Virus record (IMG/VR): IMGVR_UViG_3300036828_000686
Coordinates: 66,333-108,701 of that record
Source of the DNA: a virus
Lineage: Duplodnaviria > Heunggongvirae > Uroviricota > Caudoviricetes
Reading direction: 5' to 3' (one strand)
Length of the DNA stretch: 42,369 nucleotides
Shown here: positions 17,965 to 25,888 of the stretch, one piece after another
Position numbering within the stretch: position 1 is the stretch's first letter
Layout: each line of letters opens with the position of its first letter
Notes under the pieces: generated by a model
The model's input: the letters and a program-made list of their open reading frames with translations, nothing else
Told to the model about the DNA's origin: nothing
The model's database searches: none
Position numbers and translations under genes: made by a program

Positions 17965-18635
17965 GGGGCCAGCTCCGCCTTCAGCCGCGCCGAGTCCCCT
18001 GGCCAGCGCTGGGTCAGGAAGGTGGTGTAAGCCATCCCGTCCGCCTGGTACATGGCGACGTTGTTCACCCGGGCGTATCCCTCATCCCAGGTGCCCTTGC
18101 CTGCATGCGGGTGCATGTGCTCGATGATCACGTCGTCGCGGTAGCGGAGCCTGCCCAGATCCGCCCCGAGCTGGGTCCAGAAGTTGTCCAGGTACAGGTG
18201 GGTGCAGCCCGGCGGGACCATGTACCGGAGAACGCTGATCACGTCCCCGCTGATCACGCAGGCGGTCGGCAGCTTCCCGCCCTGGAAAAGGTCGTTCCCG
18301 TAGGCGACACCGGGGCCGCCGGCCAGCTCCCCGGCCAGCTCCTTATCCCAGCCTTGCGTCCGCGGCCGGTGGTCGTCCCCGAGGAACCCGATGAAGTCCT
18401 CGCCATGGGCGGCGTAAAACGGCGCGAGGGTGTTCAGCAGCGGGCCCAGGCGCTGCGGCGGCCCGGTGCGTAGCACGGCACCGGCATCCCAGTCCAGCGC
18501 CTGATAGCCGGCCAGCTCCGGGTCGTCGTCGTCTACGGCCACCACGAGGGAGGCTTCCCTGGTGGTGGCCCGCCAGGCCGTGAGCAGCTCAGCGACCGCG
18601 GCGGGACGCCCCCGCGAAGGGCACAGCATCAGCAT
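17961..18635 (-). CDS. GT-A (GT2-like) glycosyltransferase
   Basis: CPSRGRP, VAVDDDDP, GFLGDDH (xDD), IEHMHP. Confidence 0.7.
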   Translation of the reverse strand: MLMLCPSRGRPAAVAELLTAWRATTREASLVVAVDDDDPELAGYQALDWDAGAVLRTGPPQRLGPLLNTLAPFYAAHGEDFIGFLGDDHRPRTQGWDKELAGELAGGPGVAYGNDLFQGGKLPTACVISGDVISVLRYMVPPGCTHLYLDNFWTQLGADLGRLRYRDDVIIEHMHPHAGKGTWDEGYARVNNVAMYQADGMAYTTFLTQRWPGDSARLKAELAP

Positions 18636-18675
18636 TACGGCCTCCCTGGATCAGGTACGACCGCAAGCTAACAGG

Positions 18676-18864
18676 TCAGACCTGCTCCCACACACCTGAA
18701 TCAGGAAACTCACCGGACACACGGCCGGAGTGGATGTCCGCCGGGCCGGCGTTCTGCTCCAGCTTGACCCACGGCGTGGTGGTGTCGTCGTCGTCCACCG
18801 GGTTATACGGCTGGCCCGGGAAGGCCGGCGTCGAGATGACATGTGCACTTACGGGCTGAGCCAT
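18676..18864 (-). CDS. Small Pro/Asp-rich protein (post-capsid cluster)
   Basis: RBS AGGAAG; C-terminus AGP...GR...FPDSGVWEQV matches neighbour. Confidence 0.65.
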   Translation of the reverse strand: MAQPVSAHVISTPAFPGQPYNPVDDDDTTTPWVKLEQNAGPADIHSGRVSGEFPDSGVWEQV

Positions 18865-18876
18865 AACCGCTTCCTT

Positions 18877-19161
18877 TCAGACTTGCTTCCACGGGCCGGC
18901 GTCGGCCCAGTCGCTGTCCGTCAGCCTGCCGGTGACGAGACTGCAGGGGCCGGCTGGCCGCTGCCTGAACGCCCCCATGGGGGCGTCGCTGCTGGCGTCG
19001 TAGAAGGAGGTCTGCCACTTCTCGTTGCTGACATGGTCAGGTGCCGGGATAACGTCGAACGGTGGCGCCTCAGGCTGCACAGGGTCCGGGAACGGCGGGA
19101 CCATGGCCGCCGCCGCGGCCTTGGTCCGGCTGCCCGTGAGATGCCAGGGGGCCTGCGTCAT
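18877..19161 (-). CDS. Small Pro-rich protein (post-capsid cluster)
   Basis: ATG overlaps the upstream TGA; C-terminus AGP...GR...WADAGPWKQV. Confidence 0.65.
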   Translation of the reverse strand: MTQAPWHLTGSRTKAAAAAMVPPFPDPVQPEAPPFDVIPAPDHVSNEKWQTSFYDASSDAPMGAFRQRPAGPCSLVTGRLTDSDWADAGPWKQV

Positions 19162-19469
19162 CCGCTGGTCTCCTTCCACAGGCTTTCCGCCGGGACGTCG
19201 TGCATGCTGTCCCACTTCGCGGACCCGTCCCCGCCCTTGTCTGCCGTCACCCGCTGCCGGTTCCCGGGATAGGACACCGGGATCTGGCCATCGTTCGTCC
19301 ACTTGGGCATCGGCAGGACGTCCATCCTGTCCGGGACAGGCAGGACGGACGTGCTCCCCGGGGCCGTCATGGCCAGCTGCTGGTCATCGGCGGTCGTATT
19401 ACCCGCGTTCATCGACGAGGGCGCCAGGTACGCTTTCCTGCCCGCCGCGGTCTTGCTCAGGTCCTGCAC
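19158..19469 (-). CDS. Small low-complexity protein (post-capsid cluster)
   Basis: 103 aa, GTG start with GGAGG RBS; operon position. Confidence 0.6.
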   Translation of the reverse strand: MQDLSKTAAGRKAYLAPSSMNAGNTTADDQQLAMTAPGSTSVLPVPDRMDVLPMPKWTNDGQIPVSYPGNRQRVTADKGGDGSAKWDSMHDVPAESLWKETSG

Positions 19470-19482
19470 CGCGTGCCTCCGA

Positions 19483-20067
19483 TCAGGTACCGGGGCCCGA
19501 CCCCGCCACGTGGGTGGAGGTGGACGGCCGGTGGCCCTTCAGCCAGCCGCCGTACATCACGTGACTGGTGCCGTCCTGGCCATCGGTCTGGTACCGGCCC
19601 GAGCCCGGCTGCGGCGTGTTGCCCGCAGTGCCCGGCATCTCGTAGCCGTCGCCGTAGGAGTGGTTGTTGGCCTGGGTCCAGTCCGCGGTGCCGGAGATCG
19701 CGGCCTTCACGGTCTCCTGGGCGTACCCGGTGCCGTCAGGCTGGCTGTAGGTGGTGTCCGGGTCACGCTGGCCCTTGTAGAACGTGGGCTTGGAATAGGT
19801 CACGGAGTCCGGGCCGCTGCTGCCCCCGCCGTAGGGGACGCCTGCGGTGCCGGGCGCACCGGAGCCGTCCAGGGCCACGCCCGTGAACGTCTCCTTGGCC
19901 GGGTACTGGCCCGGCTCGTTGGTGTTGCCCTGGTCCTGCTTACTGGACTGCGGGGACCCGCCTGCGGCTCCTGACCCGAAGTTCTGCTCGGGCAGCTCGA
20001 ACAGGTGGAAGGCCGTGGTGGGGTACTGGCCCGGCAGCTCCGAATGATTGCCTGGGTAACTTGCCAT
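19483..20067 (-). CDS. Gly/Pro/Ser/Thr-rich protein directly after capsid
   Basis: ATG 20067 with purine-rich upstream sequence; repeated PGQYP. Confidence 0.65.
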   Translation of the reverse strand: MASYPGNHSELPGQYPTTAFHLFELPEQNFGSGAAGGSPQSSKQDQGNTNEPGQYPAKETFTGVALDGSGAPGTAGVPYGGGSSGPDSVTYSKPTFYKGQRDPDTTYSQPDGTGYAQETVKAAISGTADWTQANNHSYGDGYEMPGTAGNTPQPGSGRYQTDGQDGTSHVMYGGWLKGHRPSTSTHVAGSGPGT

Positions 20068-20103
20068 CGTCCTGCCTTTCGGGCCGGGAGGTAAACAGTC
20101 CTG

Positions 20104-20137
20104 CCGGGGAGCCACCGGCCGCGGGGTGGCTCCCCGG
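20104..20137 (-). terminator. 13-bp hairpin after capsid gene (terminator or transcript stabiliser)
   Basis: ccggggagccacc / ggtggctccccgg perfect inverted repeat just downstream of capsid stop. Confidence 0.65.
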
Positions 20138-20142
20138 AAGGC

Positions 20143-21453
20143 TCAGGTGGCAGCGCCGGTGTACAGCTTGATGGCGCCGGTCTGGTCAACCAGGGCCCCG
20201 TCGCCACGGATCAGCGCACGGAAGGCCACCAGGTCGGACCCGAACAGGAAGTCGTCGGACCGCTCGAACCGGACCGGGCCGACGATACGCACGAAGAACT
20301 GGCTGAAGTCACCGAACGCGACCGACTTGCCGGAGGTGCCCACCGCTGGCATGTACGGGTCTGCCACCAGCGGCTTGCCGAGCAGCAGGTCAGGCGACCC
20401 GAGAACCATCGAAGGCTCCCAGATCGGGCGGGACTGCGCGTCCACGATCAGCCGGAACCCGCCGATCGTCGCGTCCTTGGCGAGCCAGTAGCAGCTCTTG
20501 GACTGACGGTAGGGGGCGATGACCGAGTACTCCAGGTTCACCAGGTCCTGGTAGCGCGGGATGCCGGTGACGCCGGTCGCCCCGGTGACACCGATCGAGG
20601 AGCTGGCGATCAGGCCGGTCGGCTGGCCCGACCCGACGCCGGTCACCAGGTCGGACCCGAACTTGTTGCCCAGCGCCCGGCCGGACTGCATGGCCAGGTA
20701 GCCGATCAGGTCCACCCCGGAGTCGTCCAGCAGCTCGCGGGCCACCTGGAGCAGGATGCCGTACTTGTAGGCCGACAGGGTGACCAGGCCGAACGCCGGG
20801 TCGGCGGACGGGATGGTGCCCGACTGGGCCGCGGACGCCGCGACGGAGTGCGACGTGGTCTTCGGGATCTGCAGGTTCTCGCCGCCGGCCGTGTTGAGCA
20901 CGGTCGGGCCGCACTGCAGCAGGCCGCTGACCTCGATGAGGTGCGCGATCAGCTGGTCGTAGAAGTCGGTCGGGACCAGGTTGCCACCAACGGCCGCGGA
21001 CGAGGTGGACAGGGTCCGGTACTCAGCCTCGGCCCGGCGCATCTCCGCCAGGTTGATGGGGCCGTAGTTCCAGTTGATCCGGCTGTTCTCCGGGCGCTTG
21101 ACCTCGTAGGCGTTGCCGCCGGAGACGTTGCCGCGGGACTCACCGAGCAGGAAGGAACGCAGCTCGCTGTTCAGCTGCTGGACAGCCGGGTTCTTCGCCC
21201 GGTCCTTGCCTTCCTTGTCGGCGTGCAGCCGGTTGAACGCCTCGTCGGCCTGCGCGGAACGCTGCTCAGCGTCGAGAGCGGCCTTGATCCTCTTGTCGAG
21301 GTTGTCCATCTCCTCGTTGAGGACTTCCCAGCTGCCCTGCTCCTCCGCGGAGAACGCGCGGTTCTCGGTCGCGGCGGTGTCGGCAAGAGCCTTGCACTGC
21401 TCCCAGACGTTAAGACGCCGGTCGCGGAGCCTCTTGGTGACCTCACTGGCCAT
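20143..21453 (-). CDS. HK97-fold major capsid protein with N-terminal coiled-coil delta domain
   Basis: GGNLVPTDF, LSAYKYG.L.QV.RELLDDS..DL..YL, G.G..QPTG, YW....D.Q.RPIW.P...G.P..LLGKP, FGDFS.F. Confidence 0.95.
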   Translation of the reverse strand: MASEVTKRLRDRRLNVWEQCKALADTAATENRAFSAEEQGSWEVLNEEMDNLDKRIKAALDAEQRSAQADEAFNRLHADKEGKDRAKNPAVQQLNSELRSFLLGESRGNVSGGNAYEVKRPENSRINWNYGPINLAEMRRAEAEYRTLSTSSAAVGGNLVPTDFYDQLIAHLIEVSGLLQCGPTVLNTAGGENLQIPKTTSHSVAASAAQSGTIPSADPAFGLVTLSAYKYGILLQVARELLDDSGVDLIGYLAMQSGRALGNKFGSDLVTGVGSGQPTGLIASSSIGVTGATGVTGIPRYQDLVNLEYSVIAPYRQSKSCYWLAKDATIGGFRLIVDAQSRPIWEPSMVLGSPDLLLGKPLVADPYMPAVGTSGKSVAFGDFSQFFVRIVGPVRFERSDDFLFGSDLVAFRALIRGDGALVDQTGAIKLYTGAAT

Positions 21454-21587
21454 GCCATCCTCCTGGTGGCCCGGTACGGGAATTGACTCCCGGCGGGCTC
21501 CAGCCAGGCGGCGGAGGGGCTGCCTCGCGCCTACGGCCTCACAGGACGGATGGCCTACTCGTCCTGGTCCTGATGCTACACGTGATA

Positions 21588-21611
21588 CTGGCGGGGGCTA
21601 CCCCCCGCCAG
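21588..21611 (-). terminator. 10-bp GC hairpin just after protease stop, in capsid leader
   Basis: ctggcggggg-ctac-cccccgccag; no U tract, so role uncertain. Confidence 0.45.
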
Positions 21612-21618
21612 CAGCAGA

Positions 21619-22635
21619 TTATTCCGGCGAGTCGTCCCACTGGTCGCGCTTGCGGCGCAGCAGCATGGCGGCGGCCTGCGGCCCGAACAGTCCCTTGCGG
21701 GGACCGGCCGGCGCGGAGATGGACGGGCGGTCGGTGCGGATGAACAGCTTCCGCATCTCACCGTCGTTGGCCAGCGCCCTGACCTCATCCACGGTGGCCT
21801 GCGCCCACGACGCCGCGGACTCGATCGCGGCCTGGGTGGCGCGGACCGCGGCGGTGGAGTCGGGGTAGCCGGGCGACAGCACGGGCGCCACGTCGATCAG
21901 CTCAACGCAGTGCAGGGTCCGGATCGGGAAGTTCCGCTCATCCACACCCCACTCGTCGCCACCCGGGGTGACCCGGAACGCGAACGAGCTGTAGCGGATG
22001 TCGCGGCGCTGGACCAGCTCGCGGATGTCGGCACGGGCCTCGGGCGGCTTGACCATGTAGTCCAGGCCGATCCGGTCAGGCTGGAGCCGCAGCGTGTCCG
22101 CCTCGGAGGTGCCGAGCACCATGTTGGAGTCGTGGTTGTAGCGGCACACGATCCCGGTGTTGTCGCTCATGTTCCGCCAGCCGCCCGCACGGACCTCGTC
22201 GAAGCAGTGCGGGGAGACGCGCTCCACGAAACCGCCGAGGTTCTTGGACTCGCGGGGGATGAACACGGTGGCGTAGCCGCCGATCCACTTCCCGTCGCTG
22301 CCCATGTCGCGGAACTCCAGCGGCTTGTCCAGGTCCCGGTACAGCGAGGTGACCCGCAGCTCGCGCAGCTCCGCGTCCATGGTGATGGAGTTCTCGCCCA
22401 CGTGGACGCCGAACTTCTTCGCCGCGGTCTTGATCTTGCTCATCGCCTTCTCACCGAAAGGCGACTGGCTGGCCCGTGCCAGCGCGTTGCGCACATGAGC
22501 GGCGTCATGCACAGGGAAATGACGCAGGCTCCGCGGGACCGTCTTCCCGTTGGAGTCCTTGCTGCCGCCGTCCTCGATGTAGGCGAATGCGCTGTCCGGC
22601 AGGTCATTCTGATCTGCCTGGGTGATAGCCGCCAT
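21619..22635 (-). CDS. HK97-family prohead protease with N-terminal helical extension
   Basis: GGYATVF, YNHD..MVLG, SSFAFRV, LIDVAPV..PGYPDS; N-terminal LPDSAFA...RHFPVHDAAHVRNALAR segment. Confidence 0.9.
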   Translation of the reverse strand: MAAITQADQNDLPDSAFAYIEDGGSKDSNGKTVPRSLRHFPVHDAAHVRNALARASQSPFGEKAMSKIKTAAKKFGVHVGENSITMDAELRELRVTSLYRDLDKPLEFRDMGSDGKWIGGYATVFIPRESKNLGGFVERVSPHCFDEVRAGGWRNMSDNTGIVCRYNHDSNMVLGTSEADTLRLQPDRIGLDYMVKPPEARADIRELVQRRDIRYSSFAFRVTPGGDEWGVDERNFPIRTLHCVELIDVAPVLSPGYPDSTAAVRATQAAIESAASWAQATVDEVRALANDGEMRKLFIRTDRPSISAPAGPRKGLFGPQAAAMLLRRKRDQWDDSPE

Positions 22636-24749
22636 CAGTGAGCCTTCCCGTTTACGGCGGCCAGCTGGCCGGCCATATCGAACTGCGTTGCCCTCTTCTG
22701 AAGGAGGACCATCGCGGCCGGGCCGAACAGAGGCTGCGCCTCCACTTGGCCCTCTTCTGGCGGGGAGGCGGCTCTCTCGCTCGCTGGAAGGTCTGCGAGT
22801 AGGGTATCAAGATCGCCGCAGGTTACTGCCTCTCCTGCCTTGCGATTTCGCTCATCAATTTCCGCCTGCCGCAGCCGGCCTGCCGCACCGGCCTCCGTAA
22901 TGCGCTTCCGGGCCCGCGCCCGGTCCTCATCAGAGGCCCGCATCCCGGCCGGCCCGAAGGTTTCACGTGAAACAGACGGGGCGACCCCATCGGTCATAAT
23001 CGGCAGGCCCTTGAACAGTTCCGCCAGCTGTCCCGTGGTCTCGGCGTTGAAGGCCCGGCTGATCCGCGCCGACGCTTCCTGGTCGCTGAGATGCCCCAGC
23101 CTGGCGTGCTCGCCCAGCATTGTGACCGCGGACTTGCGGTCCGAGGCCGTGGCCTTCGCGCCTGGCGGCCCGAACAGCAGGGCACGCTCGGACGTCAGCA
23201 GCCGGCCCAGGTACTGCTCGGGGGTCACGCCGACCGCGGGCTGGTCGTTGCCGGTATCCGCGGGCTCGCCCGGGTTGCCCACGTCGCCTGGCTCGTGCAT
23301 GGCAGGCGGGTTACTGCCGCTGCCGTTGCTGCTGCTGGCACCCTGGCCCTGCTCGGCTTCCGCCGCGGCACCCAGCGGCGTGCCCTTGAAAGCGGGCGCA
23401 TTGCTCGGCGGCGGCGCGGTCAGGCCCTTGCGCTGCATCTCCTCCAGCAGGGCGGCGATGTGGTCCACTTCCAGCATGACCTGCGGGACCAGTGCCTTCG
23501 GGATGGCCCGGGTCGTGGTCACCATGCGCTGCAGCACCGACAGCGGGATCGCGTCGTCGCCGCCGACGACCTTCGGCAGGTCGTCGTCGGCCCGGATCTC
23601 GTTCTGGGTCCGGGTGCCCATGGTGCGCTGCAGCTCATAGATCTGGTTGCGGGTATGCGGGTCGGTCTTCAGCAGCGCGTCGGTGTCGAACTTCGCGTAC
23701 TGGGTCGCGGGCAGCAGCATGGTGAACAGGTGCTCCCAGCGCGTCAGCCACGGCCGCAGCGTGTTCTGCAGCTCGTCCAGCTGGTCCATGGTCTGGTTGG
23801 TGTAGGTCAGCCCGTCGTTGCGGGTACCGCCGACCCGCTGCGGGCGCACCCCGAAGATCGCCGCGACCTGGGTCGCGTTCAGCTGCATGGCCTGGATGAA
23901 CGTCGCCTCGTTCGGCGGCACGGTCAGCGGCTTGTACTCCCAGTCCCGGCCGTAGACCAGCGGCTGGCGCAGCCGGATCGTGTCGGTGAGCCGCCTGCGG
24001 ATCTCATCGGCCTGGCTCTTGTCCACCTCTTCGGAGATGTTCTGGAACGTGCCCGGGGGGAAACCGCCGTTGGTGAACCAGTCAGCCGAGTACTTGAGGG
24101 TCTCCAGGCCCTGCGACCACAGCATGGAGAACGCGTGGATCGGGCTGATGCCCTCCACCCGGCCAGCCACGCTGAACGCCTTCATGTGGACCAGCTCGCT
24201 CTGCTCCACCAGCCGGCCGTTGTAGTAGATCTTCGCCCGGAACGGGTTCTCCGGCTGCTGCTCATCGTCGGTGACCGACATGCGGTCCGGCGGCAGCCAC
24301 GCGATTCCCGTGGGCAGGCCCTGGCCGTCCGGGCCGGGAATACCGGAACGGTTGGTGATCAGGCCCCAGGCGTTGCCCCACAGCAGCGCCGAGGTGCAGC
24401 CGGTGAACAGCCAGTCATACAGGGTGCCGGAAACCTGCGGGCCGCCGCCCGCGATGGGGCTGCCCAGCAGCATCGAAGAGTAGATGCGCTCTGAGCTACC
24501 ATCCGGTCGCTGTCTGTAAACTTTAATGGGCAAGCTCGCGATGGCGTCGGCTATAAATCTGACCGCCGAGTACACCGCGGCCAGGCCGAGCACGGTCTCC
24601 TGGCCCTGCACCTCACGAGAAGGGTGAACAGGTCAAGGGCCCCCGATGTTGAACTTCCAATACGGGTTAAATTACGCCACGGTTGCCAGGGGACATAAAA
24701 CTCCCCCGATAGTGCGCGTTTCAATATTGATGCGATCAACCAGGGACAT
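22635..24749 (-). CDS. HK97-family portal protein; predicted start ATG 24749 requiring three translational hops (698 aa), with C-terminal extension
   Basis: AVYSAVRFIADAIASLP, LLWGNAW, HMKAFS...GISPI, Q..QL.ATQVAAIFGV.P, L.PWL.RWE; RBS GAGGGGGGTGAGG before ATG 24749; ORF-track start GTG 24611 lacks a spaced RBS. Confidence 0.88.
24630..24701 (-). other. Three candidate translational bypass sites: GTT-TTA-T-GTC (24701-24692), AAT-TT-AAC (24673-24666), CCT-TGA-CCT (24638-24630)
   Basis: Each has synonymous take-off and landing codons flanking TTA or a stop in the A site; 7+5+6=18 nt restores the portal frame. Confidence 0.75.
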
Positions 24750-24773
24750 TGGGCCTCACCCCCCCTCGCGCAG

Positions 24774-24782
24774 TGCTACTTT
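24774..24782 (+). promoter_or_regulatory. Extended -10 promoter for a leaderless HNH transcript
   Basis: TGc-TACTTT, 7 nt before ATG 24790, no RBS. Confidence 0.5.
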
Positions 24783-24789
24783 TGAGCAC

Positions 24790-25323
24790 ATGCGTACTGG
24801 TAATGGCGGAGTGCGCCGCGGTCCTGACCTGACGCCGCGCACGCGGCATTCGGATGCTGGCCGCAGGCGCGACTGGGTGAGGACTCCGGCGTACAACTCC
24901 TGGGTACAGATGCGCTCCCGCTGCAACAACCCGAACTATCCGCGCTGGGCAGACTGGGGTGGTCGGGGCATCAAGGTTTGTGACCGCTGGGCCAGCTTCG
25001 AGAACTTCCTGGCCGACATGGGTGATCGGCCAGCTGGCACCACGCTTGAAAGGAAAGACAACGAGCGGGGATACGGTCCGGATAACTGCGTGTGGGCAAC
25101 TCCTGCGCAGCAAGCGAGGAATAAGCGGAGTACGCGCCTCACGCAGCGGAAGTGCCTGGAAGTCATCAGGCTGCTGGGCGAGGGGCTGGGCATCAAGGCC
25201 GCGGCCAGCAGGGCCGGGATCGAGCGTCACACGGTCGGCGTGATCGCGACAACGATCGAGACCCTGCACGCTGACCACGAACAGCCTCCTGAGAGGGATC
25301 GGCTAGGTTCGCGGCCAGGATGA
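24790..25323 (+). CDS. Free-standing HNH homing endonuclease, antisense to the structural operon
   Basis: YNSWVQMRSRCNNPNY..W..WGGRGIKVCDRW.SFENFLADMG.RP.GTTLERKDN..GY.PDNC.WAT..QQARNKR, typical phage HNH family. Confidence 0.88.
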   Translation: MRTGNGGVRRGPDLTPRTRHSDAGRRRDWVRTPAYNSWVQMRSRCNNPNYPRWADWGGRGIKVCDRWASFENFLADMGDRPAGTTLERKDNERGYGPDNCVWATPAQQARNKRSTRLTQRKCLEVIRLLGEGLGIKAAASRAGIERHTVGVIATTIETLHADHEQPPERDRLGSRPG

Positions 25324-25330
25324 TCCGGTA

Positions 25331-25888
25331 TCAGCGTAGCCCAGTATCAGGCCAGCACACGGACCACACTTCGTCAGGTTCGCACCAGGGTTCCCATCGC
25401 CGCCCCCAGGATTGCCAGCCGGTGCCGTCATCAAGGACCGCGTGCGGGGCGGGGAGGTCCACGCCGAGGATGAGGTGCCCCGGGCCTGGGCCCTCATCGA
25501 AGACGGGCCGGCGGCCGGCCAGCCCGTAGTGCGCCGCGGCCTCCAGCCCGTCCCCGATGAGCACGTACCCGTCCGGTCCCGCGATCCGCAGGTGCAGGGC
25601 CAGCATGTCCTCGCCGGTGACGGGGAAGGGTGCTGACGCTGCGATGGCCTGGGCCACGCAGCAGGAGACATCGCCGGGCGACAGGCCCTTGGCGGCCCGT
25701 TTCACCTTCGGCTTGAAGCTGGCCCTCAGTGCTCTCAGGGACTGCCGCTTGGCCCTGGCTGCGTCGCGCCTGGCGGTCGGTGATCCCGGCTGGACAGGCG
25801 GGATGTAGACGTTGGGTCCCTGGAAGCTCTTGGTGTTAGCCACCCGCCGCGCCTGCCCCTTGCGGGTGACAGCCGGTGCCTTAGCCAT
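25331..25888 (-). CDS. Basic N-terminal segment plus reduced papain-like peptidase domain
   Basis: SCCVAQAIA (Cys), LILGVDL, PHAVL (His), WQSWG occur in the same order as in the neighbouring C1 peptidase. Confidence 0.55.
   Translation of the reverse strand: MAKAPAVTRKGQARRVANTKSFQGPNVYIPPVQPGSPTARRDAARAKRQSLRALRASFKPKVKRAAKGLSPGDVSCCVAQAIAASAPFPVTGEDMLALHLRIAGPDGYVLIGDGLEAAAHYGLAGRRPVFDEGPGPGHLILGVDLPAPHAVLDDGTGWQSWGRRWEPWCEPDEVWSVCWPDTGLR

Noticed and set aside
24609-24611. GTG 24611 as the true portal start
   Set aside because: No spaced RBS; a strong RBS+ATG at 24749 and coherent upstream peptide segments fit better. Not formally excluded without proteomics.
24630-24701. Portal pseudogene or random sequencing indels
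   Set aside because: Three independent lesions each with synonymous flanking codons plus TTA or TGA, summing to a multiple of 3, are unlikely by chance; the rest of the head module is intact. Reads should still be checked.
24790-25323. Group I intron or intein carrying the HNH
   Set aside because: The HNH is antisense, between genes and has its own promoter; no interrupted host ORF or recognisable intron core.
25878-25886. GGC-TAA-GGC apparent stop-hop at the end of the C1 peptidase
   Set aside because: Explained by the overlapping start of the next gene (ATG GCT AAG GCA); hopping would add only a short tail before another stop.
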